In this document: positions 1 through 9,366 of the stretch, one piece after another | Numbering within the stretch: position 1 is the stretch's first letter | Layout: each line of letters opens with the position of its first letter | Source: Terriglobia bacterium | Lineage (GTDB): Bacteria; Acidobacteriota; Terriglobia; JAJPHL01; JAPKYU01 | Reading direction: 5' to 3' | NCBI GenBank assembly: GCA_965223005.1 | Contig: CBDCVK010000010.1 | Coordinates: forward strand, 1,280,001-1,344,000 | Length of the DNA stretch: 64,000 bases | Notes under the pieces: model-generated | Database searches by the model: none | What the model was told of the DNA's origin: nothing | The model's input: only the letters and a program-made list of their open reading frames with translations | Position numbers and translations under genes: made by a program

Positions 1-1269
1 GCGCACCAGCGCTACATCCCGCCCGTTGTACCGCGGCGTCTCCTCCTGCTTGTAGCTGGGGTCCTGCTCCTCGTCCACGATGATGATCGCGGGCCGTTCC
101 AGAGGGGAAAACACGGCCGAGCGCGTGCCGACCACTACCGGCGCTTCCCCCCGGTGGACACGGCGCCATTCTTGGCTGCGCTCGCGGCCACCAAAAGCGC
201 TATGCAGGATGGCTACTCCGTCGCCGAACCGGGACCGGAACTGTTCGGCCATCGCCGGGGTGAGGGCGATTTCGGGAACCAGCATGAGCGCCCTGCCTCC
301 ACGGCGGACCACATCGCCGATAGCCTCCAGATAAACTTCGGTCTTCCCGCTGCCGGTCACCCCATGGAGCAATGTGGCGGCGAAGCGGCGGCGCTCCAAC
401 AGCTCACGAATAGTCTCCAGGGCTGCCTTCTGCCGCGGATTCAGCACGTGGGCACTGGGCTGAACGGTCACAGGAGTGGAGGTAGCAGTCGCCCCTGGGG
501 GAGGCAGAAACGATAGCAAGCCGCGTTCGGCCATGCGGCGGAGCAGGACCGCAGGTACGCGAGCCCGAGCTGCCAGCTCGGCCGCCGGCACCGGCCCGCC
601 GGTCGAGATCAATAGCTGCACCACGCGCTGCTCGCGTTTGCCGCTAGGTGTTGCCGGGTCGCGTGCCGCCTCGGGACTGGCCGGCAGCTCCACGAGCTTA
701 TTCTGCCGCTCCGAGCGGGTGCGCGCTTCCGAAACACGCTCAACCACCCCATCCCGCTCCAGCTTGCGCAGGTCGGCTTCGGTCAGGCCAAAGCGACGGC
801 GCAGGGAGGCTTCCGGCAACGCCCGCTCGCGCAATGCATCCGCCACCCGGGAAACAAAGCTGTGGCCTGCGGGCGTCAACCGGACCAGGCGACGTGTCTC
901 CACCTCCACACCAAGTGGAAGCATCGCCCGGAAAACTTCTCCCTCAGGAGCCAGGTAGTAGTCCGCCACCCACCTGCCCAAGCGCAGTAGCTCCGGGCTG
1001 AGCACGGGCGAGGAGTCCAGCACGCGCTCGATCTCTTTGAGCTGATCTGGTTTGAGCCGCGCTGGTTTGAGTCGCTGCGGCGTGCGCCCGTCGGCGAGTG
1101 AACGCTGGGGTGCCTCCGTCACCACCCCGGTGAGCTTGCGAGCGCCCAACGGCACAATGACTCGCACGCCGGGAACCACCTGCGACTCGAGCGATGCGGG
1201 AACTCGATAGGTGAAGGATCCTTCCAATGGGACCGGGACGGCGACCTGGCACACTCTGGAGGACCGCAT
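1..1269 (-). CDS. priA: Primosomal protein N' helicase (5' part; runs off the window)
   Basis: Manual translation from ATG at 1269: MRSSRVCQVAVPVPLEGSFTYRVP; Walker A LLHGVTGSGKTEVY; motif II IIVDEEQDPSYKQEETPRYNGRD. Not in the ORF track because the stop lies outside the window. Confidence 0.95.
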   Translation of the reverse strand, partial: MRSSRVCQVAVPVPLEGSFTYRVPASLESQVVPGVRVIVPLGARKLTGVVTEAPQRSLADGRTPQRLKPARLKPDQLKEIERVLDSSPVLSPELLRLGRWVADYYLAPEGEVFRAMLPLGVEVETRRLVRLTPAGHSFVSRVADALRERALPEASLRRRFGLTEADLRKLERDGVVERVSEARTRSERQNKLVELPASPEAARDPATPSGKREQRVVQLLISTGGPVPAAELAARARVPAVLLRRMAERGLLSFLPPPGATATSTPVTVQPSAHVLNPRQKAALETIRELLERRRFAATLLHGVTGSGKTEVYLEAIGDVVRRGGRALMLVPEIALTPAMAEQFRSRFGDGVAILHSAFGGRERSQEWRRVHRGEAPVVVGTRSAVFSPLERPAIIIVDEEQDPSYKQEETPRYNGRDVALVR

Positions 1270-1439
1270 AGAACAAATTGATGATTTAGAAGGGAAAACG
1301 CAAACAACACAAGGTTGCTATTCTCATAGCTTATAGGAAACTAACAAAAACTGTCACCGACCTCCGGTTTTGTTGAGCTTGTGCAACGTTCCGTGCCGAA
1401 GGAAAGGCGTGAACGAATTGATGAAGAATTAATCAACAC

Positions 1440-1481
1440 GGCATCAACGCTTGCCATACAGGCATCAACGCTTGCCGTACA
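1440..1481. repeat. 21-bp tandem duplication covering the udg stop codon
   Basis: ggcatcaacgcttgccataca / ggcatcaacgcttgccgtaca (1 mismatch). Confidence 0.9.
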
Positions 1482-2238
1482 GGAAGCGCAGCAAGGTCTG
1501 CATGTCGTCCCAGGCCTCACGTTTCTTCGAAGGATCACGCAACAGGTAGGCGGGGTGGTAGGTGACCAACAGCTGAGCGCCGCGATACTCAAACCAGCGA
1601 CCCCGCAGCCGGGCCATAGACTCGTTATTGTTCAACAGGAAACGGACGGCAGTGGCGCCCAGGGCTACGATCGCCCGGGGCCGGATGGCGTCCAGTTGCC
1701 GCAGCAGGAACGGCGAGCAGGTTTCCACCTCCTCCCTCTCGGGCGTCCGGTTGTTGGGGGGCCGGCACTTGATGACGTTACAGATGTAGGTGTGCTCGCG
1801 CTGCAGCGGCACCTTCATCCGCGCCGCGCTATTGTTGATCATCTCGGTCAACAGTTGCCCGGCGCGTCCCACAAAGGGCAGCCCCTGCGCGTCCTCATCG
1901 GCGCCGGGCCCTTCGCCCACAAACACCACCTCAGCCTTCGGGTTGCCGCTGCCGAACACGATCGTGCTCCGACCGCGATGCAGCTTGCAACGTGTGCATT
2001 CGCCGAGGTCGGCGCGGACCTCTTCCAGGGTCTCCCGAGGTGTGACGACCTCGAACAGGTCTCTAGGAGGACCGACCGGTGCCCTCACTTGCCCCCCTGA
2101 GGGTTCGGAGATGGTAGGCACCCTGGCATCTTCGCCTGCCAAGCGCGGAACCGAGGGAGCCATCCGCCGGCGATAGAAGGTCTGAATCCCCAACTCCCGA
2201 TAGAAGCGGAACCGCTCTTGCCAATCATCGGCCAACAT
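1465..2238 (-). CDS. udg: Uracil-DNA glycosylase, family 4 (Fe-S)
   Basis: [37 protein letters not shown] and TYHPAYLLR motifs. Confidence 0.95.
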   Translation of the reverse strand: MLADDWQERFRFYRELGIQTFYRRRMAPSVPRLAGEDARVPTISEPSGGQVRAPVGPPRDLFEVVTPRETLEEVRADLGECTRCKLHRGRSTIVFGSGNPKAEVVFVGEGPGADEDAQGLPFVGRAGQLLTEMINNSAARMKVPLQREHTYICNVIKCRPPNNRTPEREEVETCSPFLLRQLDAIRPRAIVALGATAVRFLLNNNESMARLRGRWFEYRGAQLLVTYHPAYLLRDPSKKREAWDDMQTLLRFLYGKR

Positions 2239-2290
2239 AATAAAGAATTACATGCAAAGTGTGAACGAGCCTTCACGGGGAAGTATGCAA

Positions 2291-3505
2291 TTAAGCTTTG
2301 GTTTTTAGGTCAAAAGTTTTCACTCTCAACTCTCGTACGGTGTCCAGGATGCGGTGTGCCAGTTCAGGCTTCGCCATCCGTGGCAATTCGGTCACGCCGT
2401 CGCGCGTCACCAGCACTGCACTGCTGAAGTCGGAGGCGAACACGCTTTGAGTCACGTCGTTTGCCACCACCAGGTCCAGATTTTTCTCCGTGAGTTTCCG
2501 CCGGGCCTGCTCCAGAAGATGCTCGGTTTCGGCGGCGAAACCCACCAGCAGGCGCGTGCCTTTGCGGCCGGAGACCGCCTTGAGAACGTCCGGGGTGCGC
2601 TCCAAGTGGAGCGTGAGCGGGCCCTCCCGTTTCTTGATCTTTTGGCGGCTGACTTGGGCCGCTCGATAGTCGGCAACCGCGGCCGCCTTGATCACCACCG
2701 TGGCCTCGTCCAGCCAAGCCAGCACCGCCTGCTCCATTTCCGCGGCGGTGCGCACCGACACGAACTCGACCCCGTCGGGCGGCCTCAGCGCCGTCGGCCC
2801 ACTGACCAGAATGGTGCGGGCACCGCGGCGGAAGGCAGCTTCCGCGACCGCATAGCCCATCTTGCCGCTTGACCGGTTGCTCAGGTAACGCACCGGGTCC
2901 AGCGGTTCCTGGGTGGGACCGGCGGTTACCAGCACCGTTTCTAGTTCCAGATCGCGTTGGACTCTCAGCATCTCCAGGGTGGCGGCCACGATGCTGGCCG
3001 GCGAGGCCAGGCGCCCAGCCCCGGTCATGCCGCAGGCCAGGTAGCCTTCGTCGGGCTCAACCACTCGTACCCCACGCGCGCGCAACCGCGCCAGATTGTC
3101 CTCGACCGTCGGGTGTTCCCACATCTGGACGTTCATCGCGGGCGCCACCAGGACAGGAGCCCGAGTGGCCAGATAGAGTGTGGTCAGGAAATCGTCGGCG
3201 ACCCCATGGGCCAACTTCCCCACAATATTCGCCGTCGCCGGTGCCACCACCAGCAGGTCGATCGATTGTGCCACGGCAATGTGCTCGATGGCGCTCTCGA
3301 TGTTGGCTTCCCCGCCCGGCTCGGCGAACAGGTCGGTAATCACTTTGCGCCCGGAGAGGGAGGCCAGCGTCAGAGGCGTAAGGAACTCGCGCGCGTGCCG
3401 GGTCATGACCACCTGCACCTCCAGCCCGTTCTGCTGGAGCTGGCGAATCAGCTCGGCGCTTTTATAAGCGGCGATGCCTCCCGAAACTCCTAGACAGACT
3501 TTCAT
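2291..3505 (-). CDS. coaBC: Phosphopantothenoylcysteine decarboxylase/ligase
   Basis: GVSGGIAAYK, APATAN, PAMN, TAGPTQEPLDPVRYLSNRSSGKMG and GFAAET motifs. Confidence 0.97.
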   Translation of the reverse strand: MKVCLGVSGGIAAYKSAELIRQLQQNGLEVQVVMTRHAREFLTPLTLASLSGRKVITDLFAEPGGEANIESAIEHIAVAQSIDLLVVAPATANIVGKLAHGVADDFLTTLYLATRAPVLVAPAMNVQMWEHPTVEDNLARLRARGVRVVEPDEGYLACGMTGAGRLASPASIVAATLEMLRVQRDLELETVLVTAGPTQEPLDPVRYLSNRSSGKMGYAVAEAAFRRGARTILVSGPTALRPPDGVEFVSVRTAAEMEQAVLAWLDEATVVIKAAAVADYRAAQVSRQKIKKREGPLTLHLERTPDVLKAVSGRKGTRLLVGFAAETEHLLEQARRKLTEKNLDLVVANDVTQSVFASDFSSAVLVTRDGVTELPRMAKPELAHRILDTVRELRVKTFDLKTKA

Positions 3506-3519
3506 GCCGACACCAGGCG

Positions 3520-3732
3520 CTACTCCTCCGATTTCTCTGGCTCAGGATTTTCCGAAGCCTCCGAAGACTCAAAGGTCACCGCGCCTCCAAGGACCTCCTC
3601 TATGGCGATCCGTATTGCTTTCTTCGACGTTGTATGGATGTGCGGCTGCGAGCCTCCCTGCAGTTGACGCGTGCGGCGTGCCGCGGCATGCACGAAACGA
3701 AACTTGCTCTCCAAATCCTCGATGCGCTTCAC
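3520..3732 (-). CDS. rpoZ: RNA polymerase omega subunit
   Basis: GTG start overlaps the gmk stop (GTGA); SKFRFVHAAARRTRQLQGG..IAIEEV; gmk-rpoZ-coaBC synteny. Confidence 0.88.
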   Translation of the reverse strand: MKRIEDLESKFRFVHAAARRTRQLQGGSQPHIHTTSKKAIRIAIEEVLGGAVTFESSEASENPEPEKSEE

Positions 3733-4427
3733 TCGGTGATTGCCTCCCTGAAAGTTTTTTGGATGGGTCCTACGGCCGGGGCGACATTTCGCGTCCGGCA
3801 GCCCTCGGCCAGCTCGAACCAGCGCTGGACCTGTGCGTCGCCCGGCCGGCCGTCTGGGCACTTCTTCCAGCGGGCGGCCAGCACGATGGCGCACAACTGC
3901 TCGGTGGATCGATCCACCGCATCATTGATGATGAGGTAATCATAGTTGGGGAACTTCTCGATCTCGGCGACCGCCCGGCGCAGCCGGTACTCAATTGCCT
4001 GCTGGGAATCCTCGCCGCGGCGACGCAATCGGGTCTCCAGCGTCTGTCGGGAAGGCGGCAAAATGAAGATGGCCTGCGCCTCGGGCAGCCGTTGTTTGAT
4101 CTGCCCAGCGCCTTGGACGTCAATATCCAGCACTAGGTCGTGGTCGAGTTGCTGCGCCACGTCCAGAAAACGGCGTGGCGTGCCGTAGAAGTCCTTTCCG
4201 AACACTTCGGCCCACTCAATAAATTCCCCGCGCTCGATCATCTGCTGGAATTGCTCACGCGCCACGAAATAATAGTGCTTCCCGTCCTGCTCCAGACCCC
4301 GCGGCTCGCGGGTCGTGTAGGAAACGGAAAAGACCAGATTTGGCACCGCAGTCAACAACCTGTCGAGCAGCGTGGACTTTCCCGAGCCCGACGGCGCCGA
4401 AACGATAAAGATGCTGATCTGCGACAT
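3729..4427 (-). CDS. gmk: Guanylate kinase
   Basis: [24 protein letters not shown] and LDIDVQGA motifs. Confidence 0.97.
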   Translation of the reverse strand: MSQISIFIVSAPSGSGKSTLLDRLLTAVPNLVFSVSYTTREPRGLEQDGKHYYFVAREQFQQMIERGEFIEWAEVFGKDFYGTPRRFLDVAQQLDHDLVLDIDVQGAGQIKQRLPEAQAIFILPPSRQTLETRLRRRGEDSQQAIEYRLRRAVAEIEKFPNYDYLIINDAVDRSTEQLCAIVLAARWKKCPDGRPGDAQVQRWFELAEGCRTRNVAPAVGPIQKTFREAITE

Positions 4428-4442
4428 GCCCCGTCCTGGCTC

Positions 4443-5345
4443 TTACTGTAGATTTTGTACCTGCTCGCGAAGCTTTTCAATCTCGGCTTTCAACCGCAGT
4501 GCCAGTCCGGTGATCTTCAGGCCTGCCTCGCCCAGCCCGGATGTCTTGGCCAGGACGGTGTTCGCCTCGCGGTTCATCTCCTGCAGCAGGAAGTCCAGGC
4601 GCTTGCCCGCCTCGCCGGATTCCTCGGGCGAGTGGAGCAAGTCGTGGAACTGCTGCCGGTGACTTTTCAGGCGCAGTAACTCCTCGCTGACGTCGCTGCG
4701 CTCGGCCAGCAGTGCGGCCTCCTGGACCAGCCGCTCGGGAGGCAGGTGGTCGGCCAGCAGCTCGCCCAGGCGTTCGCGGAGGCGCTCCAGGCAGAGGGGC
4801 TCAGCGTCGGCGCGCAGGCGTTCAATCTCTTCGGTGACGCGACCGACCTCCTCCAGGCGTGCGCTCATCTCTGCGGCAATGTTCCGGCCTTCCTCGGCGC
4901 GCATGGCGTCCAGCCGCCCTAGCGCTTCCAACAGCGTCTCGAGCACCAGCGTCTCCATCCCCTGCTCCTCAGCCGATCCTGGCAGTGCCGGAACGTAGCG
5001 GACCGCGCCGGGCACTTTCAGGATCGTGCTCAGATCAGGTTCCGCCGAAAGCCCAAACTCGCTGCGCAGGCGGCTGTAGGCTTCCAGGTAGGCGCCGACC
5101 AGCGCTCGGTCCATGTGAACCTCCACGCCGCCATCCCGTTCCAGCACCACCGTGACGTCCAAATGGCCGCGCCGCAGATGCTGGCGCATCATGCGCCGCA
5201 CCTTGGGCTCCAGCGGCTCCAGCTCCGCGGACAGCTTCAGACGCATGTCCAGAAAGCGGTGATTGACGCTTTTCACCCTCACGGTGACGGCCACTGTGTC
5301 GGTGCGGCGGGAGGCCGCCGCATAGCCGGTCATACTGCGCAGCAT
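4443..5345 (-). CDS. yicC: YicC/YloC family endoribonuclease
   Basis: RSMTGY, KSVNHRFLD, GKRLDFLLQEMNREANT and EKLREQVQN motifs; upstream of gmk. Confidence 0.95.
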   Translation of the reverse strand: MLRSMTGYAAASRRTDTVAVTVRVKSVNHRFLDMRLKLSAELEPLEPKVRRMMRQHLRRGHLDVTVVLERDGGVEVHMDRALVGAYLEAYSRLRSEFGLSAEPDLSTILKVPGAVRYVPALPGSAEEQGMETLVLETLLEALGRLDAMRAEEGRNIAAEMSARLEEVGRVTEEIERLRADAEPLCLERLRERLGELLADHLPPERLVQEAALLAERSDVSEELLRLKSHRQQFHDLLHSPEESGEAGKRLDFLLQEMNREANTVLAKTSGLGEAGLKITGLALRLKAEIEKLREQVQNLQ

Positions 5346-5351
5346 CAAGAA

Positions 5352-5432
5352 CAGGTGTCAGGTTTCCGAGGTCAGGTGTTCGGCCGGAAACGGGTTGCTC
5401 GCCAGACTTTGAACCTTGGACCCAGGACGTGA
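5352..5432. repeat. Degenerate heptamer repeat tracts in the msbA-yicC spacer
   Basis: caggtgt caggttt ccgaggt caggtgt, followed by gactttg aaccttg gacccag gacgtga (7-nt period, roughly complementary arms). Confidence 0.55.
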
Positions 5433-5438
5433 TCCGGC

Positions 5439-7250
5439 TCAGGCGTCCACAAACTGCAACTGGTGGAGCCGGCGGTAGACACCCCCGCTCTCCAACAATT
5501 CTGCGTGCGTGCCCACCTCTACAATTGTACCACGGTCGAGTACCACAATCTTGTCGGCGCGCCGGACAGTGGCCAGCCGGTGGGCAATGACGAACACAGT
5601 GCGGCCGATCATCAGGTTTCCCAGCGCCTTCTGCACAAGGAGCTCCGACTCGCTATCGAGCTCAGAAGTGGCTTCGTCCAGGATCAGGATCGGGGGGTTT
5701 TTCAGCAGAGCGCGCGCTATCGCTAGGCGTTGACGCTGCCCGCCACTGAGCCGGGCGCCGCGTTCCCCGATCACGGTGTCGTAGCCACGGGGGAGCTGGA
5801 GGATGAACTCGTGAGCCATCGCCGCCCGCGCCGCGGCGAAAACCTGCTCGTCAGGCGTGTCGGCTCGGCCATAGCAGATGTTGTTCCGAACCGTCTCGTC
5901 GAACAGGAAGGTCTCCTGGGTGACCATGCCGATCTGGGCCCGCAGCGAGGCCAGCGTCAGGTCACGCACGTCGTGCCCGTCAATGAGCACCCCCCCGGCG
6001 GTCGTGTCGTAGAAGCGGGGAATCAGGTTGACCAGGCTGGTCTTCCCTACCCCGCTGGGTCCCACAATGGCCACCACCTCACCCCGCTCGGCCCGCAGGT
6101 GAATGCGACCCAACAGGGGCTGTTCCCGCTCATAGTGAAACGAGACATGATCGAAGACCACTGCCTCGCGGAAGGGTGGCAGCTGGATGGCTCCCGCTTT
6201 CTCGCGTACTCCCTCGCGGACGTCCAGGTACTGGAAGACCTTGGCCGAAGCGCCCAGCGCCTGCTGGAAAGCATTGCTGATGCCGGTGAGGCGCTTCACC
6301 GGCTCGTACATCTTCAGCAGCGCGTAGATAAATACCAGGAAGGCGCCCGGCGTCAGCACGTCGGCCTTGATGCGGTCGCGCCCTACCCACAACAACAACA
6401 CGATCATCAACGCCCCCAGCAACTCCATCAGCGGCGAAGTCAACGCCTGCGCGCGCACGTACCGCAGGTTCACCCGGAATAAACGCCGGGCCGCTTCACG
6501 AAACCGGCCCAGTTCGAACTTCTCCATGGCGAAGGCCTTCACAATGCGGATGCCGCTGATGGTTTCCTGAAGAATTTGACTGATCTCGGCCACGTTATCT
6601 TGGGTCTTGCGGGTCGAGCGGCGCACGCGGCGGCCAATCTTAGTCGCGGTGTAGAACACCACGGCAACCAGCAGGGGCAAGGCAACCAAGGCCAGCTTTG
6701 CGTCCAGCAGTAGCAGCACCGCGACCATTCCCATCAGGGTGAAGCTCTGGCGCAGGAAATCAGCTAGCACGTGCGACACCGCCAGCTGGATCTTTTCGAT
6801 GTCGTTGACGATGGCCGACATCAACCGGCCTGTGGCCTCCCCTTGGAAGAAGCGCAACGGCTGGTGAATGACCTTCTCGTAAAGTTGGTTCCGCAGATCG
6901 GTCACCACCGCAAAGCCGATGTAGTTGACCAGGTAGCTGGCCAGGTATTCGCAGATGGCCTTGCCCAGGGTGACCACCACGATCACCACCGCCACCACGG
7001 TCCAGGCGTTGTGGATCCAGTCGGGAACGAACATCCGCAGGTCCAGCGAACGCTCCCAGATGGGCACGCTCTTCACCAGCATGACCGCATCATCAGGCGA
7101 GCGGGGATTCAGAACGCGGTCAAAGACAGGACCGATCAGCAGCGCCGTGAGGGCTTCAAAAGCGCCTACCCCCGCCATCAACACCACCGAGATCAAGAGG
7201 CGGAACCAGTAGGGGCGGACGTACCGCAGCAGGCGGAACAACTCCGACAT
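5439..7250 (-). CDS. msbA: MsbA-like ABC exporter (TMD + NBD)
   Basis: Six-TM N-terminal domain; GPSGVGKT, LSGGQRQRLAIARA and LILDEATS. Confidence 0.85.
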   Translation of the reverse strand: MSELFRLLRYVRPYWFRLLISVVLMAGVGAFEALTALLIGPVFDRVLNPRSPDDAVMLVKSVPIWERSLDLRMFVPDWIHNAWTVVAVVIVVVTLGKAICEYLASYLVNYIGFAVVTDLRNQLYEKVIHQPLRFFQGEATGRLMSAIVNDIEKIQLAVSHVLADFLRQSFTLMGMVAVLLLLDAKLALVALPLLVAVVFYTATKIGRRVRRSTRKTQDNVAEISQILQETISGIRIVKAFAMEKFELGRFREAARRLFRVNLRYVRAQALTSPLMELLGALMIVLLLWVGRDRIKADVLTPGAFLVFIYALLKMYEPVKRLTGISNAFQQALGASAKVFQYLDVREGVREKAGAIQLPPFREAVVFDHVSFHYEREQPLLGRIHLRAERGEVVAIVGPSGVGKTSLVNLIPRFYDTTAGGVLIDGHDVRDLTLASLRAQIGMVTQETFLFDETVRNNICYGRADTPDEQVFAAARAAMAHEFILQLPRGYDTVIGERGARLSGGQRQRLAIARALLKNPPILILDEATSELDSESELLVQKALGNLMIGRTVFVIAHRLATVRRADKIVVLDRGTIVEVGTHAELLESGGVYRRLHQLQFVDA

Positions 7251-7286
7251 CTAGCCACTATTCTAGCAGACCGCCAAGGTGGCCAC

Positions 7287-7844
7287 TTAGCCGGAAAACA
7301 GCGCTTCTTCCACGGGGTGGTACACGAGTTGGCCGGCATCGACCTGTGCGCCAGCGGTGAGCCGATGCGAACGAGTTTGGCCGGACCCCAGGATGTGGAG
7401 GACCTGCCAGCCGCGCACGGTAAGGAAGTCGGAGAGCAGCATGCGGTGGCAGCGCCAATAGAGGCGCTCCGCGCACAGGTAGGCGGTGGTGCGGGCCCCG
7501 GCCAGGCTCATCAGCTCGCGGGGAGCCAGTTGGAATTCGGAAGTGCTCATGTGGTCGGCGTAGTTGCGGAAGCCCGTGACCCGTAGACCGGTGTGCGGCG
7601 AGTCTGGCCGCAGCGCCCGGCGGTAGCCTCCCAGCTCGCGAAACCAGTGGTATTCAATGCCTGCCGCGGTCACCGCCGCCTCGAGCGCCTCACGGGAAAA
7701 CCAGGGGTGGCGGCGTGAGGCGGGGAAGCTACGAATGTCGGCCAGCAGGCGGATGCCAAACTCGGCCAGCAACGCCAGCAATTGTCCCTGCGCCTGCGTG
7801 GAATGCCCGACCGTATAGACCACCGAACCGGCCGACGAACCCAT
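7287..7844 (-). CDS. DUF488 family protein
   Basis: YTVGHST, LADIRSFPASRRHPWF and LCAERLYWRCHR; start trimmed to ATG 7844 because the ORF extension overlaps suhB. Confidence 0.9.
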   Translation of the reverse strand: MGSSAGSVVYTVGHSTQAQGQLLALLAEFGIRLLADIRSFPASRRHPWFSREALEAAVTAAGIEYHWFRELGGYRRALRPDSPHTGLRVTGFRNYADHMSTSEFQLAPRELMSLAGARTTAYLCAERLYWRCHRMLLSDFLTVRGWQVLHILGSGQTRSHRLTAGAQVDAGQLVYHPVEEALFSG

Positions 7845-7855
7845 TTTACTCTGGT

Positions 7856-8662
7856 TCACGGCGTGGGAAGTGGCGCCGCGTAGACCCCCTGAAAAACCTC
7901 GCCGAAAGCGCGCACCAGCGCCGGATGAATCAAGCCGTTGGAAGCCACAAGAGTCTCGCTGCTCAAGCTGTAGGGACCGCCGCGCATGTCGGTGACGCGC
8001 CCGCCAGCTTCGCTCACCAGCACCATGCCGGCGGCAACGTCCCAGGGGTTGAGGTGGAACTCCCAGAAGGCATCCATGCGGCCGCAGGCCACGTAGCAAA
8101 GATCCAGGGCGGCCGAGCCGGCCCGGCGCACCCCGTGGCTGACCATGTTGAGCTGGTAGTAGAAGTGAATGTTGGGGTTCTCGTGCCGGCGGCGCGCGGG
8201 GAAGCCGGTAGACAGCAGGGAGTGTGAAAGAGCGGCTATAGACGAGACCCGGATGGGGCGGTTGTTGAGCCAAGCGCCGGCTCCCTTCTCCGCAGTAAAC
8301 AGCTCGTCGCGTATCGGGTCGTAAACCACGCCCACCACACCCTCGCCGGCCCGCTCCAACCCGATCGAAACACAAAAGAAGGGGAAGCTGTGGGCAAAGT
8401 TAGTGGTGCCGTCCACCGGGTCCACGTACCAGCAGTAGGGCGAATCGCTGGCATGACCACCCCCTTCCTCAGCGACGATGGCGTGGTCAGGGAAATGAGC
8501 GCGCAGGCGCTCGACAATCAGGCGCTCCGAGGCACGGTCGGCCTCGGTCACTATGTCCACTCCGTCCTTGTACTCGACACGCACGCGCCGCTCGAAGATG
8601 GGCAGCAGCAGGCCGCCCGCAGCGCGCGCAATCTCGATGGCCGTAGTGAGGAAGTCAGGCAT
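7856..8662 (-). CDS. suhB: Inositol monophosphatase family protein
   Basis: DIVTEADRASE, WYVDPVDGTTNFAH, RRAGSAALDL and WDVAAG. Confidence 0.93.
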   Translation of the reverse strand: MPDFLTTAIEIARAAGGLLLPIFERRVRVEYKDGVDIVTEADRASERLIVERLRAHFPDHAIVAEEGGGHASDSPYCWYVDPVDGTTNFAHSFPFFCVSIGLERAGEGVVGVVYDPIRDELFTAEKGAGAWLNNRPIRVSSIAALSHSLLSTGFPARRRHENPNIHFYYQLNMVSHGVRRAGSAALDLCYVACGRMDAFWEFHLNPWDVAAGMVLVSEAGGRVTDMRGGPYSLSSETLVASNGLIHPALVRAFGEVFQGVYAAPLPTP

Positions 8663-8686
8663 CCAGGTCAGGTTTGGGAGCGGAGT

Positions 8687-8989
8687 TCAGACCTCAGCCG
8701 GCGGCTCGTCCTGTACCAGCTCACCCGGTGCCGGCGCGGCCGGCTGCTCCTCATACAGGTACTTGATCTTGGACTTGAAGATGAACAGGTTCGGTTCCCC
8801 TTGCCGGGTCACGCGAATGAACCGCCGGTCGTAATACTCAATGAAACCCTTCACCGTCTCGCCTGAGATGAGCTTCACGACTACCGGAGTCTGAGTGTGT
8901 GCCAGGTAGCGAAGATAGGCGGCCTCCCGGTGAGTCTCCGCCGGGGCACGATCGTTCGGCTGGCGCGAGAAATCTTTTCGCATAGTCAC
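8687..8989 (-). CDS. hfq: Hfq/Sm-like RNA chaperone (divergent paralog)
   Basis: EAAYL..QTPVVVKLISGETVKGFIEYYDRRFIRV..NLFIFKSKIKYL matches the Sm1/Sm2 pattern; the Sm2 YKH is replaced by FKS. Confidence 0.75.
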   Translation of the reverse strand: MTMRKDFSRQPNDRAPAETHREAAYLRYLAHTQTPVVVKLISGETVKGFIEYYDRRFIRVTRQGEPNLFIFKSKIKYLYEEQPAAPAPGELVQDEPPAEV

Positions 8990-9366
8990 TTCGGCAGCCC
9001 GGCCGGCATCTGGGGCTCCCCAGCCGCCACTGCCGAGGCACTGCCGATGGGCACACGCTGGCCGATCAGCACTGCATAGTTGCGCAGAAAATGGCCACGC
9101 AGGTGCGCCGGCACCAGAGGCACCTTGCGCATAGCGTCCATCTCCCAGCGTTCCACGACGATGGGCGGCGAGCGGCGCTTCTTCACTAGCAGAGTGACCA
9201 CCCGGCGCCCGCCCGACTGCTTTTCAATTTCGACTTCCACCTCACGGTTCAGAGTACCGCAGACGGCGCGTCGAACGGCTTCCAGGTCCGATACGCTCCG
9301 CCGACGACTCGCGCGCCTGGGCGCCTGAGTAATCCAGTGGCGTGTGCGATTGGCCTTCTTCTTCAT
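8986..9366 (-). CDS. Basic hypothetical protein, stop overlaps the hfq-like start
   Basis: 126-aa ORF filling the gap between co-oriented genes; GTGA overlap with the hfq-like gene. Confidence 0.6.
   Translation of the reverse strand: MKKKANRTRHWITQAPRRASRRRSVSDLEAVRRAVCGTLNREVEVEIEKQSGGRRVVTLLVKKRRSPPIVVERWEMDAMRKVPLVPAHLRGHFLRNYAVLIGQRVPIGSASAVAAGEPQMPAGLPK

Noticed and set aside
1371-1388. Sigma-54-like CGGCACGGAACGTTGC on the minus strand upstream of priA
   Set aside because: GG to GC spacing is 11 nt, not the required 10.
7845-8375. Long 5' extensions of DUF488, rpoZ, eamA, rpsM, rplF and nikN in the ORF track
   Set aside because: They overlap neighbouring genes or lack homology; internal starts fit the family N-termini.
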